Below, in pieces: positions 48,638-57,947 of a stretch of DNA of 64,000 nt; within the stretch, counting starts at the first letter, position 1; each line of letters starts with the position of its first letter. The stretch is from Cenarchaeum sp. (lineage in GTDB: Archaea; Thermoproteota; Nitrososphaeria; Nitrososphaerales; Nitrosopumilaceae). The position numbers and the translations under genes were made by a program. The stretch lies in NCBI GenBank assembly GCA_965206845.1, contig OZ242221.1, positions 1,312,001 through 1,376,000 on the forward strand. Direction: 5' to 3'. Below the pieces are notes generated by a model. It searched no databases and had not been told where the DNA came from. It saw only the letters and a list, made by a program, of their open reading frames with translations.

Positions 48638-49846
48638 GAGGTTGGTGCGTAATTCTCCGAACCGCCTAGACCCGTCCGATACGTTCAATGATCCGCGATC
48701 TCCCGCACGCGGCAATGAGCGAACACAACAGACGGGAAGGATACTGACAGTATTATGAGCTGGCAAAGGAAGTCGAGGCGCCTAGTCTGAAGAGGGAGCT
48801 GATCGAGATAATCCGGGAGAACTCTTGCCCGCGCCGAGAAAACGGCAACAGGGGTCGTCCCCCGGTTCACTCCAAGGAGAAACTGGACTTTGCCTGTCTG
48901 CTGATGATGGCAGGCAACAACACCTATCGCGGAGTCGAATCGGACCTGCGAGGCATGCGGACACCATGGGACAACGAGCCCGTCCCGGACCATACCACAC
49001 TGGTCAGGCACCTCCAGACGATACCGGCAGACTGGCTCGATCTGATCGTGGCCGAGACGGCCCGCCGTTGCATCAAGGAGGCGGACGAGGCGACGGGCCC
49101 GCTGGGAGCCGACAGCAGCGCGGCGGAGACCACTAGGTACGAATACGTCGAGAGGCCGAACAGGGAGGAGCGCGACTTCGTCGAGACGCGCCAAAAGACC
49201 TACTGGAAATACCACATAACGGCCATCTTGGGCCTGCAGATCGTGCTGGCGGCGTTCACCAAGCCCGGCAACATCAACGACACGACCATGCTTCCAGTCA
49301 TGCTGGCTGAGATCAGGCGCCGCGGGTTTGACTTTGCGGGGAACTTCTTTGACGGGGACAAGGGGTACGACTCTGACTACAACTGCGAGCTGCTGTTCTG
49401 GATGGGCATGATCCCCAACATCAGGCAACGGAAGGATGCCGTCAACCGTGGCAAGCCACACAGGAGGAAGGCGGCCGGCATGTTCAGCGATAGCGAGTAC
49501 AGAAAGAGGGCCCTGATAGAGGGCATCTTCGGGGCCGAGGAGACCCGGCGGCACCAGCTGCACTGCCGGTTCGTCCGGAAGGACAACCGGCGCCTGTTCG
49601 CCAAGGGAAGGGCGATCGCCTGGAACATCCGGGTCCTCAACCGGTTCGAGTGCGCCAACCGGCTAAACATACCAATACCTTCCTACGGTGGCGTGGCGCA
49701 CGCGGAGTGCGCCTGATGATCCGACCCGTCAGTAGCTGATCACGGCGTGCGGGCAACAAAAGCCTGACACGCACCAAAGCACCGCCGGTGAAAACGCGGC
49801 GGGAGACGCACATAAGCAGGACGGAGCAGAATTACGCACCAACCTC
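48638..49846 (+). mobile_element. IS5/IS4-like element, copy 2 (1209 bp)
   Basis: TIR GAGGTTGGTGCGTAATTCT; 9-bp TSD GGTAATGCC; near-identical to 39953-41161. Confidence 0.95.
48688..49716 (+). pseudogene. IS5-like transposase with premature stop
   Basis: TGG in copy 1 is TGA at 48745-48747. Confidence 0.88.
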
Positions 49847-49891
49847 GGTAATGCCAAAAGAACCTTATACTAGAAAAATTGTAGGAGATGT

Positions 49892-50131
49892 ATGGCGACA
49901 GCTTATGTCCTGATAAACTGTGAACTCGGTTCCGAGGAGGCAATCATACAACAGCTCAAGGGACTTGAAGGCGTAAGAGAGGTTCATGGAACCTTTGGCG
50001 CCTACGATATCCTTGCAAAGATCGAATCCGACACGGTAGAGAAGCTCAGGGAGACCATTACGTGGAAGATAAGAAAGATAGAGAAGATCCGATCCACGCT
50101 GACTCTGATGGGAATCGAGGGCCAAAACTAA
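49892..50131 (+). CDS. Lrp/AsnC ligand-binding (RAM) domain protein
   Basis: AYVLIN, TFGAYDILAKI and IRSTLTL motifs. Confidence 0.92.
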   Translation: MATAYVLINCELGSEEAIIQQLKGLEGVREVHGTFGAYDILAKIESDTVEKLRETITWKIRKIEKIRSTLTLMGIEGQN

Positions 50132-50145
50132 CCATTTTTTTTACT

Positions 50146-50733
50146 ATGATCCTGCATTTTGTCTTTGTAGTGCGAGAGGAGGATCTGGACGACCGCAGGG
50201 GCGAGTTTGAGTATGTCCAGCAGATGGGGCGCTTCTTCCAGGTGTGGATACGGGCAAGATTCTCCTTGGATGTAGAGGTCAGATGCGATCAGATGATCAC
50301 TCATGCCCGGAGCATGCTGCAGCGGTTGGACACGCACACGTTGATAGATGATCACCGCAGTCGTGGATCCGGCACCTTTCACTTTTACCTATGCCACTTT
50401 CGTCCCACGTGGACCGACTGCACCTGCGAGGGGTATCATTCTGAGAACTTTGGAATGGTCTTTTGGCGGCGTCCCAAGGCGCAGGACGATTGGCTATTCC
50501 TGGCAGAGAAGAACTGCACCACCGTGTCCCACGAGCTTGCGCACGAGCTTCTCCGGCAGGCAGGCTACAAGAGGTACGGCACGGACGTGCACGACATATG
50601 GACCAGGCACCTCTTTGACGGGCTCGAGTTTGAGCAGTACGGCAAGGACTTTGAAAGGACCGATGTGGAACCGTGGTTTCTGGCCATCGACCTGTCGTCT
50701 CTTGAGTACGGCAGGCGGGTCAGCACTTTGTAA
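50146..50733 (+). CDS. conserved hypothetical protein with HExxH motif
   Basis: SHELAHE motif and several Cys residues. Confidence 0.72.
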   Translation: MILHFVFVVREEDLDDRRGEFEYVQQMGRFFQVWIRARFSLDVEVRCDQMITHARSMLQRLDTHTLIDDHRSRGSGTFHFYLCHFRPTWTDCTCEGYHSENFGMVFWRRPKAQDDWLFLAEKNCTTVSHELAHELLRQAGYKRYGTDVHDIWTRHLFDGLEFEQYGKDFERTDVEPWFLAIDLSSLEYGRRVSTL

Positions 50734-51352
50734 CTGTGTAGATGCTGTTCTCAAAATTGGTAGTCTTGAACTCGATCTTGTTCTCGGGATCCTTTGATCT
50801 TGCCGTGTTCAGGCTGGCAAGCTCTGCTAGGGCATCGCTTCTGAATCCCACAGACGAACCGTAGATCGCCTCGGCGAGCTGCGTGCCGTGCTCGCCCCCC
50901 TTGATGTCGTCTACCATGTCGTAAAATTTTGTGGTCTCCCTCCGGTTGACAGGGTTTCCTGTTGCCTTGTTGACCGCCACGGCAGTGTACATGCCGTGCT
51001 GCTTTACGGCCACTTGGACCATGTTGCTCTTGTTTGTTCTGCCAGGAATGGTCTCATCCACCAGAATCTCACACTTGTGGAACATGCTGGATACGTACGC
51101 GTAGAACCGGTACTGGGCAAACCTGCCCTCGTCATCCTCGTCGCAGTCCACAAAGACCTTGTGCAGCATGGTCAGTGCGTTGTCGTTCATGCTCTGCAGG
51201 CGATCAATGATGCGCCCCCTCTCCAAAAGCTCCGAACCGCACTCCTTGGCAACCAGCTCTAGGATAAAGTCTGGCAGGTTGTAGTTCTTAAGCGACGTCA
51301 CATGCGCGCCGGCCTGGGACAGACCGAACTTTGGAAATCCCTTGTTTACCAT
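50720..51352 (-). CDS. conserved hypothetical protein
   Basis: Clean 210-aa ORF. Confidence 0.75.
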   Translation of the reverse strand: MVNKGFPKFGLSQAGAHVTSLKNYNLPDFILELVAKECGSELLERGRIIDRLQSMNDNALTMLHKVFVDCDEDDEGRFAQYRFYAYVSSMFHKCEILVDETIPGRTNKSNMVQVAVKQHGMYTAVAVNKATGNPVNRRETTKFYDMVDDIKGGEHGTQLAEAIYGSSVGFRSDALAELASLNTARSKDPENKIEFKTTNFENSIYTVTKC

Positions 51353-51434
51353 TTCCTGTATTTTGACTCCTTGCAGTGTTCATACATGTCCAATAGTCAT
51401 ACGTCGGTTATGCATTTAATTGTTGAGATTCTTG

Positions 51435-52860
51435 TAGTTAGTTTCACAACCTAGGTCTTAATGGCACCTCCTTGATCCAAGCGCGGGCGCTTGCGACAAC
51501 TCTACGTTCATGCCCCTGCGATCGCCTCCCGTGCCACCGCCAACAGCCTGTTGTACATGTTGATCCTTATTGCGATCTCCTGGACGATGTTTTCCATCTT
51601 TACCGCGTTCACGGAACCGCCGAACATCCGCTTGAGCGACGAGAACACGATCTCCACCAGCCACCGCCGGCCGTAGCCGACCCGCCTCTTCCAGTCCTTC
51701 TGGTTCTGGACGCGCTCGCACTCGTCCAGCGCGGCGAGTCTTTTCGGGCCGGGATCGCTACCGCACAGCTGATCTTGGGCGGCCAGGCCGCGCGTCCTGC
51801 CCACCCCGCCGGCTCTGCTGTTGGCGTTCTTCTTTATCCTGATGAGCGGCACTATTCCCAGATTCTTGCAGTATTCAAATATCTGCCTCGTATCGTATCC
51901 GGCATCTGCCCGCAGCTCTATCACAGACTGCCCTCCGGCATGCATTGCAGGGCAGAAAGGCAGCATGCCGTACCGTTCTGCGGATCCCGCGGTGTCTGTG
52001 GCCCTCGTGCCTCCCGCTGCGGATCTTTCGGCGCGACTCCCGGCCTCCGCGGCATCTGTACCCTGTGCCTTGGCTGCCCCCTTCGCCAGGACCCCCGCCC
52101 TGAGGCTCTCCGAATCCAGGCCGAGCGCCTCCAGCGAACCGTCCACCAGATCCTTGAACTGGGACGAGTCGCCCTTCCGCTCGTCCGTTACGCGGAACGC
52201 CAGGATCTCCCGGGTCTCTTGGTTTATCATGGCGCTCAGCTTGATGAACCCGAGCGCCTTCCTGTGCTTGTGGTGTATCCAGTCGCTTCGCGTGGCCGGT
52301 GCCAGCCCGGTGGCGTCCGGTATCAGGCAGAGAACGTCGTTGCCGTTCCTGACCGTGGTTATGTTGTCTTCCTGCCGTATCTCCATGGCATTTATTCTCC
52401 GCCACAGGGTGACATGGTCAGGGGCATCCTCCTCGCCTAGGGCCGATTCGGCCATTCCCTGGCACATGCGGTACGGCAGGGGGCCGTGAATGGCCCGTAT
52501 TCCCGCGATAGACATTATGACGGTGTCGGGGTAACTGTAGGGGCGCCCGTTCTTGTTCATGTTCATGCCCTCAAGCTCCCTGTCCGAGCTGGGATCCTTC
52601 GTCAGATGTAGCAGCTTTCCCATCTCCACGTACCTGGCGTCGTTCTGGGTGTGGGTTATCTTCAGTCGCGATTTCTGTTTGATCGGGCCTGTCCCGGTTT
52701 TGTCCATGGATGTGACACCGTTGATCTGATCCTAGTACTTTTCGGATTAAAACAGTCAACCATCAGCTTGAATTCTGTTGGCCTCTGGGAGTCTGGCATG
52801 CGGGATAGCCTGCTTGAGGCGGTGATGCCTTGGTAGAAGACAATGTTGTGAAACTAACTA
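51435..52860 (-). mobile_element. IS5-family element (1426 bp)
   Basis: Perfect 16-bp TIR TAGTTAGTTTCACAAC; 8-bp TSD GATTCTTG (51427-51434, 52861-52868). Confidence 0.93.
51508..52707 (-). CDS. IS5-family (IS903/ISH1-like) transposase
   Basis: GRPYSY, PDHVTLWRR, DATGL, ADAGYD and WKRRVGYGRRWLVEIVFS motifs; start uncertain. Confidence 0.9.
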   Translation of the reverse strand: MDKTGTGPIKQKSRLKITHTQNDARYVEMGKLLHLTKDPSSDRELEGMNMNKNGRPYSYPDTVIMSIAGIRAIHGPLPYRMCQGMAESALGEEDAPDHVTLWRRINAMEIRQEDNITTVRNGNDVLCLIPDATGLAPATRSDWIHHKHRKALGFIKLSAMINQETREILAFRVTDERKGDSSQFKDLVDGSLEALGLDSESLRAGVLAKGAAKAQGTDAAEAGSRAERSAAGGTRATDTAGSAERYGMLPFCPAMHAGGQSVIELRADAGYDTRQIFEYCKNLGIVPLIRIKKNANSRAGGVGRTRGLAAQDQLCGSDPGPKRLAALDECERVQNQKDWKRRVGYGRRWLVEIVFSSLKRMFGGSVNAVKMENIVQEIAIRINMYNRLLAVAREAIAGA

Positions 52861-52869
52861 GATTCTTGG

Positions 52870-53692
52870 GTACAAACTCACGCCCCATCGCCATTCGGGA
52901 GCGGGAAATGCGTATTTTCCGGAGGTTTTTCGTATCTGGCCAAGTATTGCATGCAATCTCGCACCTCAGCTGGAGTGGATCTCTGTTTTTAGGATCGGTT
53001 TTTGCAACATTTTCTGCAGTCTTTGTCCTCATTATCTGTTTGCCACCACTAGGGCCTTCTTGCCAAACGACGTGCCCGATATGGCCGGAAAGTCCGGCCC
53101 GGTGACATGGCCGCAGTCGGCACAGGCGTACTCCCATCCAATGTGCGCCACCGTCCGGATGTTGATGCGGGGGCCGTCAAAGTCATTTACCAGCCTGCAC
53201 CGGCACCGGCCCCGCTTGGTGTGGCGCCCCCCGCAGTTGGCGCACCTCGTAAAGACGTGCCAGACCTTCCTGACTGGCCTGTTTGAATGGCTGCATCCCT
53301 TGTGTCCTGCGGGCGGACCGGTCTTTTTGGACGACCCCGCCCCTTCCTCCGTCGCGTCTCCCGCTTCTTGCGCCATGTCCTCGCTCACCCGGAATCTCTT
53401 CTTGGTGTACTCGGTCTTTCCGGACAGGTTTTGGTGCTCGTAGCGCAGCCTTAGCGCCCTTGCCTCCGCCTCCAGCTCCTCCACCCGCGTCTTGTACCTC
53501 TCCACCAGGGCGGACTGGTCGGGGTCAGGCCAGCTGAAGCCCGGCGCCATCTCGTCCCTGCATCTCGGCGGCATGCTCCATCTTCATGGTGGTCACGGCA
53601 TCCAGCAGTATGCGGTTTGATTCGGCCAGGGTGTCGTTGGCATGGTGCAGGCGGCATATCTCCTCCCGATACGCGGCAAGCTGCGTTCTCAT
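52870..53692 (-). pseudogene. IS66-family transposase remnant
   Basis: Coiled-coil N-terminus, GPPAGHKG, CANCG...CADCG zinc finger, GTSFG; frameshifted with most of the DDE core missing. Confidence 0.72.
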
Positions 53693-53876
53693 GACGAACC
53701 GCCCCCGTGGCCCGGTGCCTGACCCTCAGACGGGCTTTCCCTTGGCGCTATGACGACAGCCATGTGGGTGCGGGCGATCTGCCGTTATAGATCTGTTTTG
53801 GTCATCCTGCGCCTGTGGAGCTTGGTCAGGGTAGAGTCATTTCAGATGGACCTGAGGATGTACGCGGCACGCTCTG

Positions 53877-55601
53877 CAGTTAACCCAAAAGTTAGGTTAA
53901 CCTAATGCCTGCAAATCAAGCAATGCCCGACAATCCCCCGTATTTTGGTAAAAACCACGTTCAACTAACATGGCAGACGATCCAGAACACCGTCATCTGT
54001 AACGGTAATGCCGACGCGTACGGAATCAAAATCCGTACCGTGCATCCATGCCATGTTTGGAAAAACAAGAGACGCTCCACGCACGCTAAATTCGTGCCTG
54101 AACCAGAAAATTTCCCCAGACGGCGAGAACGGATACCGACATTCCAAACGCGGTGGCACGGGCCTTGCAGCATCATGTTGCCCGAAAGGGATTGCGGCCA
54201 GGCGCGTCACGCGCGGGATCCGCTGCTCAGTACAGAGGCAGATAGTCTGGATCCGGCGATTCTCCGGGATCGGGCCCGTGCCGGGCAAGTACAAATGTCA
54301 GGTTGACCTTCAGCTGCGTCTGCGTCATGCGTCGCTTGCCTGCCCCGGCCTGTTTGGACGTGACTGACAGCAGCATGTTTATCGCCACCCATGCATTGAA
54401 CATCACCACCGAATACAGGAAGCAGAATATGCGGGCCGCGGTGTGCTTGCTGCACGTCTTTGCCCTCATGTTCTCTATCATGCGGTAGCCCGTCTCTATG
54501 CCCCACCTTTTGGAATACAGTTCGGCATCTGCCTGCGGCATGTTGGTGGCAAACCCGATGAACTTTTCCTTCGGGGGCAGGTCTTCTGACTCTCCGCCCT
54601 TGCGGCTTTTCTTCTTTCTCTCGGTTATAATCATGGTGTATTTTACCGAGACGCCGTCGGCGTTAGTGATGTACATCTCGGAGACTGCAGGGCGAATGCC
54701 TGCGGCAAACTCGTCGATGGCGCTTACCACGGGATCCGTGTTCTTGCACGGCACGATGTAGCCTGCATCCAGCTCGTCAAACATGGCAAAGACGTCTGCA
54801 GAAAAGAATTCCCGGTCAAGCAGGACTGCCCTGACGTTGGCGCCTGCATGGCGACACTCCTCGACCAGACTGCGCACGGATCTTGGAACAAAACCAAACG
54901 CCCCCATGTGAATGGCTCCCAGCACCAGGCGCGGCCCGCCCTCGACGCACTGCGCGGTGGCGTACCGCTCGAATGTTCCCGTCCCGTTCTTTCTTTTTGA
55001 GCGTGTCAGGTCGCTGTCGCGCTTTTTGTCCCACCGCGGAATCAGGTGCATGTCAATGGCAATTACCATCCCGTCGCCGGACAGCTGTCCCAGACCACGT
55101 GCCACATCCATCTGCAGGCGCACCGATCTGGCAAAACCGTCCATCAGATCGTTCTTGTCCGTCTTGGAAAGAACGCCATTGAACCATTCGTCAGTCGGGG
55201 AGGCGCGGTGGTTGGTCTGCGCCCCGACGATCCCCTCGATCCGGCCCCGCACGGCAGAGGCCACCGAGCCGACCGAGGAGCCAAGCGTCACTGCCCACAG
55301 CATGCCACGGTTAAAGTCGTCCAGCCCGTATGTCGCGTTTGCCTTGTCAGATACCTTGATGCATGAGAGGATGTTCTCCTCTGCTGCCATTCGCGATGCT
55401 TCGTCGCGCATTTTGGGGTTGTTCATCAGATCCCGGCCCATGATGTTTGGCATGATGACTTGTTGTAAAAGATGTCTTTATGGTACGGTGCCATGCATTG
55501 CGCGAGATTGTGTAAAAAATTGCGCATGTGCAGGGTGCCGACGAGCCGCAAAAGGATTGGTCAATCAATGCATTAGAGCAGCCTAACTTTTGGGTTAACT
55601 G
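53877..55601 (-). mobile_element. ISH3-family element (1725 bp)
   Basis: 20-bp perfect TIR CAGTTAACCCAAAAGTTAGG; 5-bp TSD CTCTG. Confidence 0.92.
54227..55453 (-). CDS. ISH3-family DDE transposase
   Basis: IAIDMH, LLDREFFS, FATN and YSKRWGIETGYR motifs. Confidence 0.92.
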   Translation of the reverse strand: MPNIMGRDLMNNPKMRDEASRMAAEENILSCIKVSDKANATYGLDDFNRGMLWAVTLGSSVGSVASAVRGRIEGIVGAQTNHRASPTDEWFNGVLSKTDKNDLMDGFARSVRLQMDVARGLGQLSGDGMVIAIDMHLIPRWDKKRDSDLTRSKRKNGTGTFERYATAQCVEGGPRLVLGAIHMGAFGFVPRSVRSLVEECRHAGANVRAVLLDREFFSADVFAMFDELDAGYIVPCKNTDPVVSAIDEFAAGIRPAVSEMYITNADGVSVKYTMIITERKKKSRKGGESEDLPPKEKFIGFATNMPQADAELYSKRWGIETGYRMIENMRAKTCSKHTAARIFCFLYSVVMFNAWVAINMLLSVTSKQAGAGKRRMTQTQLKVNLTFVLARHGPDPGESPDPDYLPLY

Positions 55602-55689
55602 CTCTGTGAGCCATATTAATAAGATAGTTTCTGTTAGATACTTATGAGCGAGATGATACCTACTGGCACTTGATCCGATCTATTCCAAT

Positions 55690-56592
55690 GTGATAATATT
55701 TTCCAGTCTGCTTGCCCTTCTGAGCATCGGCCTTACACTCACATACATTACAACAAAGGTTCCAAACTTTGCACATGCGTCTTTTGCAACCATTGGGATG
55801 TATGTGGCACTGGTTGGAACCAGGGTCTGGGAGGTGACGCCCTATGCTGCAATCCCGCTTGCGTTTGTGCTGTCCGGAATCGCGGCGCTGTCGCTGTATG
55901 TATTCATCCTGAAGCCGCTGATCCGGAAGGGCGCCTCGTACTCGATCCAGATGATCGCGACCCTTGCATTTGATCTGGTGCTGATTGCCGTGCTGAACAT
56001 GTTTGCAGACGCTATAGTGCGGACGTACCACATCACGGCAAGAGAGTTTACCCTGCGCAGCTATGATCTGGATTTTGGCGGACTGCCCATGATCGTGGTT
56101 GCCGCGCCCGTGGCCATTGCTGCCCTTGGGATAGGGCTGCACATCACCATGCGCAAGACAAAGTTCGGCATCGCCATGAGGGCCACAACCGAGAACTCGG
56201 ACCTGGCAAGCACGGTGGGAATCAACGTCAAGCTGATCTATTCGGTATCGTGGATACTGGGAGGCGGGATTGCAGGAGTGGCAGGCGTGCTCATGGCGAT
56301 GTGGTTCCAGGGAGATCCCAGCTTTGGAGCCCTGTTGCTCCCAAGCACGTTTGCCGCAAGCATAGTGGGCGGGTTCACGAGCATCTACGGGGCCATTGCG
56401 GGAGGGCTTCTTGTGGGAGTGGCCGAGGTTCTTGGAACCAGGATGCTTGCAGGCGAGTTTGGCTCCTGGCTGATTGCGTACCGTCCGCTGGTTCCACTTG
56501 TATTCATTGTCGTAACACTGCTCCTCGCTCCGCGGGGAATTGCAGGAGTTAACTGGTCGAGGTTGTTGAGAAGGAATGGCTCTAGCATCTGA
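55690..56592 (+). CDS. livH: branched-chain amino acid ABC transporter permease (LivH-like)
   Basis: GLTL...NFAH, TKFGIAMRA and GGFTSIYGA motifs; start may be slightly upstream. Confidence 0.9.
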   Translation: MIIFSSLLALLSIGLTLTYITTKVPNFAHASFATIGMYVALVGTRVWEVTPYAAIPLAFVLSGIAALSLYVFILKPLIRKGASYSIQMIATLAFDLVLIAVLNMFADAIVRTYHITAREFTLRSYDLDFGGLPMIVVAAPVAIAALGIGLHITMRKTKFGIAMRATTENSDLASTVGINVKLIYSVSWILGGGIAGVAGVLMAMWFQGDPSFGALLLPSTFAASIVGGFTSIYGAIAGGLLVGVAEVLGTRMLAGEFGSWLIAYRPLVPLVFIVVTLLLAPRGIAGVNWSRLLRRNGSSI

Positions 56593-57646
56593 ATTCATAT
56601 TTCTGATTGACCTGCTTGCGATCTTTGCAGTCTATGCGATCATCAACCTGAGCCTGAACCTAGAGTACGGGTACACGGGGATTCCAAACTTTGGAAAGGT
56701 GCTGGCAGTGGGCGTCGGAGCCTTTGTTGCCGCGTCCGTCCCGGGAAGGATATATGCGGCCATTGCCGGAATCGAGGGCGACTATATCTCAGACAACCTG
56801 TCGGTGGTCCACCAGATCAACATATGGCTGGAAAGCAATGTGGAGATCGGCTTTGCCGTGTTCGTCCTTATGCTGATTACGGCAGCCGGGGCGGGCGCCG
56901 TGGTGGGCGGGTTCACCTCGTATCCTGCAATAAAGCTGAGGGGCGACTACCTGGCAATCACACTGCTTGCATGCGGCGAGGGCATACGGATAATCGGAAA
57001 CAACTACACCCCCCTGGCGGGCGGCACGCTGGGCGTCCAGATTCCGGATCCGCTGTCGTTCCTGCCCGGTGAGCTGCGCTTTACCGTGGCAACGATGCTG
57101 CTCCTGGTGGTAGCAGGCATGGTATACCTGTACAGCGAGAAGATGGTCCGCTCTCCCTTGGGAAGGATGCTTAGGGCCGTTCGCGACAACGAGAATGCGG
57201 CCGAGTCCCTTGGGAAGGACACCAAACACGTGAGGATAAAGATCATCATGGTCTCAGCAGCCCTTGCCGCAATAGGCGGGGCGCTGTACGCGTCCTATGT
57301 GGGCGGGGCGATCGCCTTTGCGTACGACAGGGCAAGCTGGACGTTCTGGCCCTTCCTCATGATACTTATCGGCGGCCTTGCAAACAACAAGGGCATCCTA
57401 CTTGGCACGCTGATATTTGTGACGCTGAGAAAGACCATCACGTACTTCAAGGACTCACTGGACGGATACCTTCCCTTTGACGTCATCTGGCTTGACTTCC
57501 TGCTGCTGGGGGCCATACTGCTTGCAATACTGCTGTACCGGCCGCAGGGAATCATCGTTGAAAAATCCACGTATACCATACCCAAAAAGGAGTACAAAAC
57601 GCCACCGGGTCCCCTGAGAAGAATCACCGACTTTTTCCTGCGCTAA
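56576..57646 (+). CDS. livM: branched-chain amino acid ABC transporter permease (LivM-like)
   Basis: LNLEYGYTG, LRGDYLAITL, GRMLRAVRDNE and RPQGI motifs. Confidence 0.9.
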   Translation: MALASEFIFLIDLLAIFAVYAIINLSLNLEYGYTGIPNFGKVLAVGVGAFVAASVPGRIYAAIAGIEGDYISDNLSVVHQINIWLESNVEIGFAVFVLMLITAAGAGAVVGGFTSYPAIKLRGDYLAITLLACGEGIRIIGNNYTPLAGGTLGVQIPDPLSFLPGELRFTVATMLLLVVAGMVYLYSEKMVRSPLGRMLRAVRDNENAAESLGKDTKHVRIKIIMVSAALAAIGGALYASYVGGAIAFAYDRASWTFWPFLMILIGGLANNKGILLGTLIFVTLRKTITYFKDSLDGYLPFDVIWLDFLLLGAILLAILLYRPQGIIVEKSTYTIPKKEYKTPPGPLRRITDFFLR

Positions 57647-57795
57647 CTTACGCTTTGCCGGATAGTGCCTCCAGTCTGGGCTCCTGTGGGAGAGTCCAGA
57701 TGCCTGCCACGGCGCAGGCCAAAGCCGGGACTGAGGGCTGCCCCGCCAGGGGATAAAAATAGCTTAAAATCATAGTGGTATCACCTATCATGTGT

Positions 57796-57941
57796 GGGGT
57801 CGTAGCCTAGCCTGGTAGGGCGACAGTGCTTGGTCACCGCTAAGGGCTCCAGAGGTTGAATTCAAACTGCTGATGAAAAGATGATGTGAGTTTGGAGCTG
57901 CAGTGACCCGTAGGTCGCCGGTTCGATTCCGGTCGGCCCCA
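57796..57941 (+). tRNA. tRNA-Trp(CCA) with two introns (~57825-57843 and 57853-57905)
   Basis: Acceptor GGGGTCG/CGGCCCC; anticodon arm ACGGG-CTCCAGA-CCCGT restored after removing both inserts. Confidence 0.88.
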
Positions 57942-57947
57942 CATGTT

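Noticed and set aside
48745-48747. Recoded TGA (Trp or selenocysteine)
   Set aside because: TGA is a normal stop in many genes here, and the sister IS copy has TGG; a simple nonsense mutation.
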